A stretch of 64,000 bases of DNA from Glaucostegus cemiculus (taxonomy: Eukaryota). Location: contig CDPCPM010000233.1 of the NCBI GenBank assembly GCA_976551045.1, positions 9,300,001 through 9,364,000 of the forward strand, in the 5' to 3' direction. The notes under the pieces are model-generated. The model worked only from the letters and a program-made list of their open reading frames with translations. It had not been told where the DNA came from and searched no databases. The position numbers were made by a program, and so were the translations under genes. Of this stretch, positions 61,013 to 64,000 are shown in pieces. Positions within the stretch are counted from its first letter, which is position 1. Each line of letters opens with the position of its first letter.

Positions 61013-63265
61013 TCAACATCCTCTGACTGAAGAAATAACTACAAAATGTTGCAGTACCAAAAGAGCTTGTTCATCCCATTGCTTCTTTTTCACAAAATCC
61101 ATTAAGACTGAAATTCACTTTTGGCCTTTAGTGCACAATGATTGGTGGTATACTGGCTGTCATTGTACTTGCCTCCTGAAGTTTGGATCCACGGATGTCC
61201 ATGACATTGAATGCCAGCCAGGGAGTACAATAGAGGGCAGAACCAACTCTCAAAACCATGTAACAAGTGCAATCAGCTATAAAGTTCCAGCTCACTAATG
61301 CACTTCATTGCTCACCATCGTCTCTCATGTTCCAAGTAAAAATTGAGATCACTTCTTTGTCTTTATTATAAACACTTTTGATGATAATTGTAGTGGTGTT
61401 TGGGGCAGAAGTTATTACTAAAGATCTGGTTCACCAGCTTAACCAGAGATGACATATGTCTCCCTTCTACCAACTTCCACACATCCCATTATTGCTATGC
61501 CCCGTCCCCTTTATTAATAATTCTGTAACACCTTTAGTCTTCTACGTCAGCTTTCTTTCCAGACGGAAGTTACAGAGAAGTAAAAATCCCTAAATTGCAT
61601 CAGAGAAGAAACTTCATGGCTACAGTTGCACTTAATTTATAGCAGAAAGCAGGGCATTCAGCCCAATGGTCCATATCGTTTACTCCATTTGGATCTCCTT
61701 CCATCCCATGTCATTCAACTCTAATTATGTTCCTTTTTCTTTCCTGTGCCTATTCAGCCCTATTTGAATGTAAGAACACCAACTGGCTTTATTAAATTTC
61801 AATATTCTTATCACATTATGGGTAAGAATACTTTTCCTGAATTCTTCATTGTAAAGCAGATTACTTTTCATGAAGACTCCACATCCAGACTATGATTCCG
61901 TGGGAGCTAGCAACCAAACAGCTTTCACTATGTATTGCTGGAGCTGCTTGGTACCGGTTTTGGAACATGGAATACATCGTAACAGTGTTCACTTATGTTC
62001 AACTCATTCTGTATTCACATATAAGGACAGTCTCCAGCAGGCGTACCAGGTCAGATTAGGGTGGGAAGTTTGGGTTTCTCTTCCAGTTCGTAACTTCAGT
62101 AAGCTGAATCCCACTGTGGGGACCCTGCTGCTGCCCAGCTTAGATTAATTGGTTTAGTGCAAAACTCAAGTCAGACTTCAGGTATTCTGAGTGTATCTGG
62201 CTGAATCCCAAACATTGTGGAGTCAATGTTAATCATTTACCTCCTACTTCCCTCTTCTCCATCCTTCACACCACCACCAGAGGAGCAGTAAGCCGAAGAT
62301 GGCTTGGTCACTCGTGACTTTCCTTAGATTGGCACATAGATTGGGAGGAGTCATCAGTGTATTGTTATGAAGCCACTGGTAATGTGCTAATCAGGACCCC
62401 TTTGCTCCAGATGAAATAATTGTGCTACACTTACACACAGATACAAACAAACACACACACTCACACAGAATCCTGTTCAATAATATCATCCACCTTCCCA
62501 CACCCTACAAGGCCTGGATCCCACTAACATATTCTGATTATCAGACAGCTCAGCGTGGCCATTGGTCAGTCTGCCCCAACCTGCAGGCTTCCATGCAATG
62601 CTGGTTTGGTGCCTAGAAGAGAGGCAACTGCAAGTAAATGTGATCGTCTAGTGGACCCACATTTGCAGTGATATCACCAGGCAGACTACAGACATTGCAT
62701 CAAGTTAAAATCACTGCTAGTGAGTCACCCGGGTGCTTGTTTGTTCAAATGCATGACTTCTGTGGCAACTTCCTTTTGTTTCCCTAATAAATATTTTGCA
62801 GTTACTTCAGGCAAATTTCTCTGAAAGGATGGTAGAGAGATCACAGAGCACAAAATTGTAGTTCCTGCACTGATTCACAGGACACATAACTCGTGATCAT
62901 CAGTGCATCACTGATCTGTTCTGTACTATTCAGTCTGTCTCATGCAGGTGAAACGTTGTTTTAACCATTGTTTTCCAATTATAACTGCCCTGTAAATAGC
63001 TGACTAGTGAAACGTCTCCCCACAAGGAAAAGCAAACATTCTGCTAAACTTCTTGCAGTTGTTCAACCAATAATAATGGTAGAAATTGTAGAACCAAACA
63101 AATATCTTAAACTGAGAGATTCGGAAATGAACATTTTAAAACTCAGAAAATAAGTTAAATGAAAAATATTTAAACAAAAGTTCACCTATTTAGCATGTGT
63201 AACAATATTATAAACATATTTCCACAGAATTCAAAGAGACTCTTCCTTTAACAAATTCCTGTTTC

Positions 63266-63441
63266 TCTCCTGGTTTCCTCCCACATTCCAAAGACATACA
63301 GGATAGGAAGTTGTGGGCATGTTATGTTGGCGCCGGAAGCCTGGCGACACTTGCAGGCTGCCCCAGAACACTCTATGCAAAAGATGCATTTCACTTTGTG
63401 TTTCGATGTACATGTGACTAATAAAGGTATCTTACCTTATC
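63266..63441 (+). mobile_element. 5'-truncated V-SINE with Rex-like tail
   Basis: ggtttcctcccacattccaaagac...gatgcatttcac...tacatgtgactaataaa. Confidence 0.88.
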
Positions 63442-63444
63442 CAT

Positions 63445-63810
63445 CTCCACCAACCATTCCCCATGTAACCACAGGAAATGCAACATCTATCCTTCTGCCT
63501 CTTCCTTTCACAACATTCAGAGATCGAAACTACCAGTGATTCACTTGCACTTCTTCTAGTCTAGTTTACTACATTCACAGCTCACAATGTGGTCTCCTCT
63601 GTGCCAGAGAAACCAACTGCAGATTGGGTGACTACTTTGTGGAGCACCTGCACCAGTCTGCTGGGCCGATACTGAGCTTTAATCCTCCATCCCATTCCCA
63701 CTCTCACCTATCAATCTGTGGTCTTTTGCACAGCTATAACAAGGCTCAACACAACAGATAGCACTTCATATTGGATGTAATATCGAAACCTACAGCCTCA
63801 GATAACTCCT
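63445..63810 (+). mobile_element. Decayed Penelope GIY-YIG fragment
   Basis: FTCTSSSLVYYI.SSQCGLL...ETNCRLGDYFVEHL. Confidence 0.75.
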
Positions 63811-64000
63811 TGGCTCGCTGTATCAGAACTCCCTGTTTCATCTGTGATGGTGACTCAATTTTTCTCTCTCAAATGGCATAGCCTGACCTGCTGGGCATGT
63901 CTTACAGCTCTACATTTTACATGTTGCTTTGTTTATGTTCTCTTTCTCCAGCTGTCCTCATTTGCTGGCTCTTATGCTCCTTTGTTCAGGTTCTCCTCTC

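Noticed and set aside
1-64000. Strand bias of young LINEs as evidence of an enclosing gene; tRNA, rRNA or CRISPR features
   Set aside because: Too few elements, and both orientations are present. The tRNA-like boxes belong to SINE heads, and no rRNA or CRISPR pattern was seen.

Overview
Vertebrate, repeat-dense intergenic or intronic DNA. The repeat set (abundant CR1/HER1-type LINEs, V-SINEs, DeuSINE, Penelope-like elements, Rex1/Babar, L2, Tx1) points to a cartilaginous fish, probably a ray or other batoid; this assignment is an inference. I recognise no host protein-coding gene. Every long ORF is a retroelement RT/endonuclease fragment or its antisense shadow. The most unusual structures are: (1) a ~1.04-kb LTR-derived fold-back unit at 28261-29303, made of a complete TG..CA LTR plus an inverted copy of its own first ~205 bp, with CTAG on both sides; (2) a ~166-bp Penelope-derived mini-element with an inverted arm, a decayed minimal hammerhead ribozyme and a 14-bp TSD, nested in an older Penelope element, with further hammerhead relics across the window; (3) several clean nested insertions (solo LTRs and Rex inside CR1, CR1 inside DeuSINE, Penelope inside a Gypsy gag relic); (4) V-SINEs carrying two different LINE-derived tails. 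Boundaries of old, decayed repeats are approximate, and family names come from motif recognition, not database searches.
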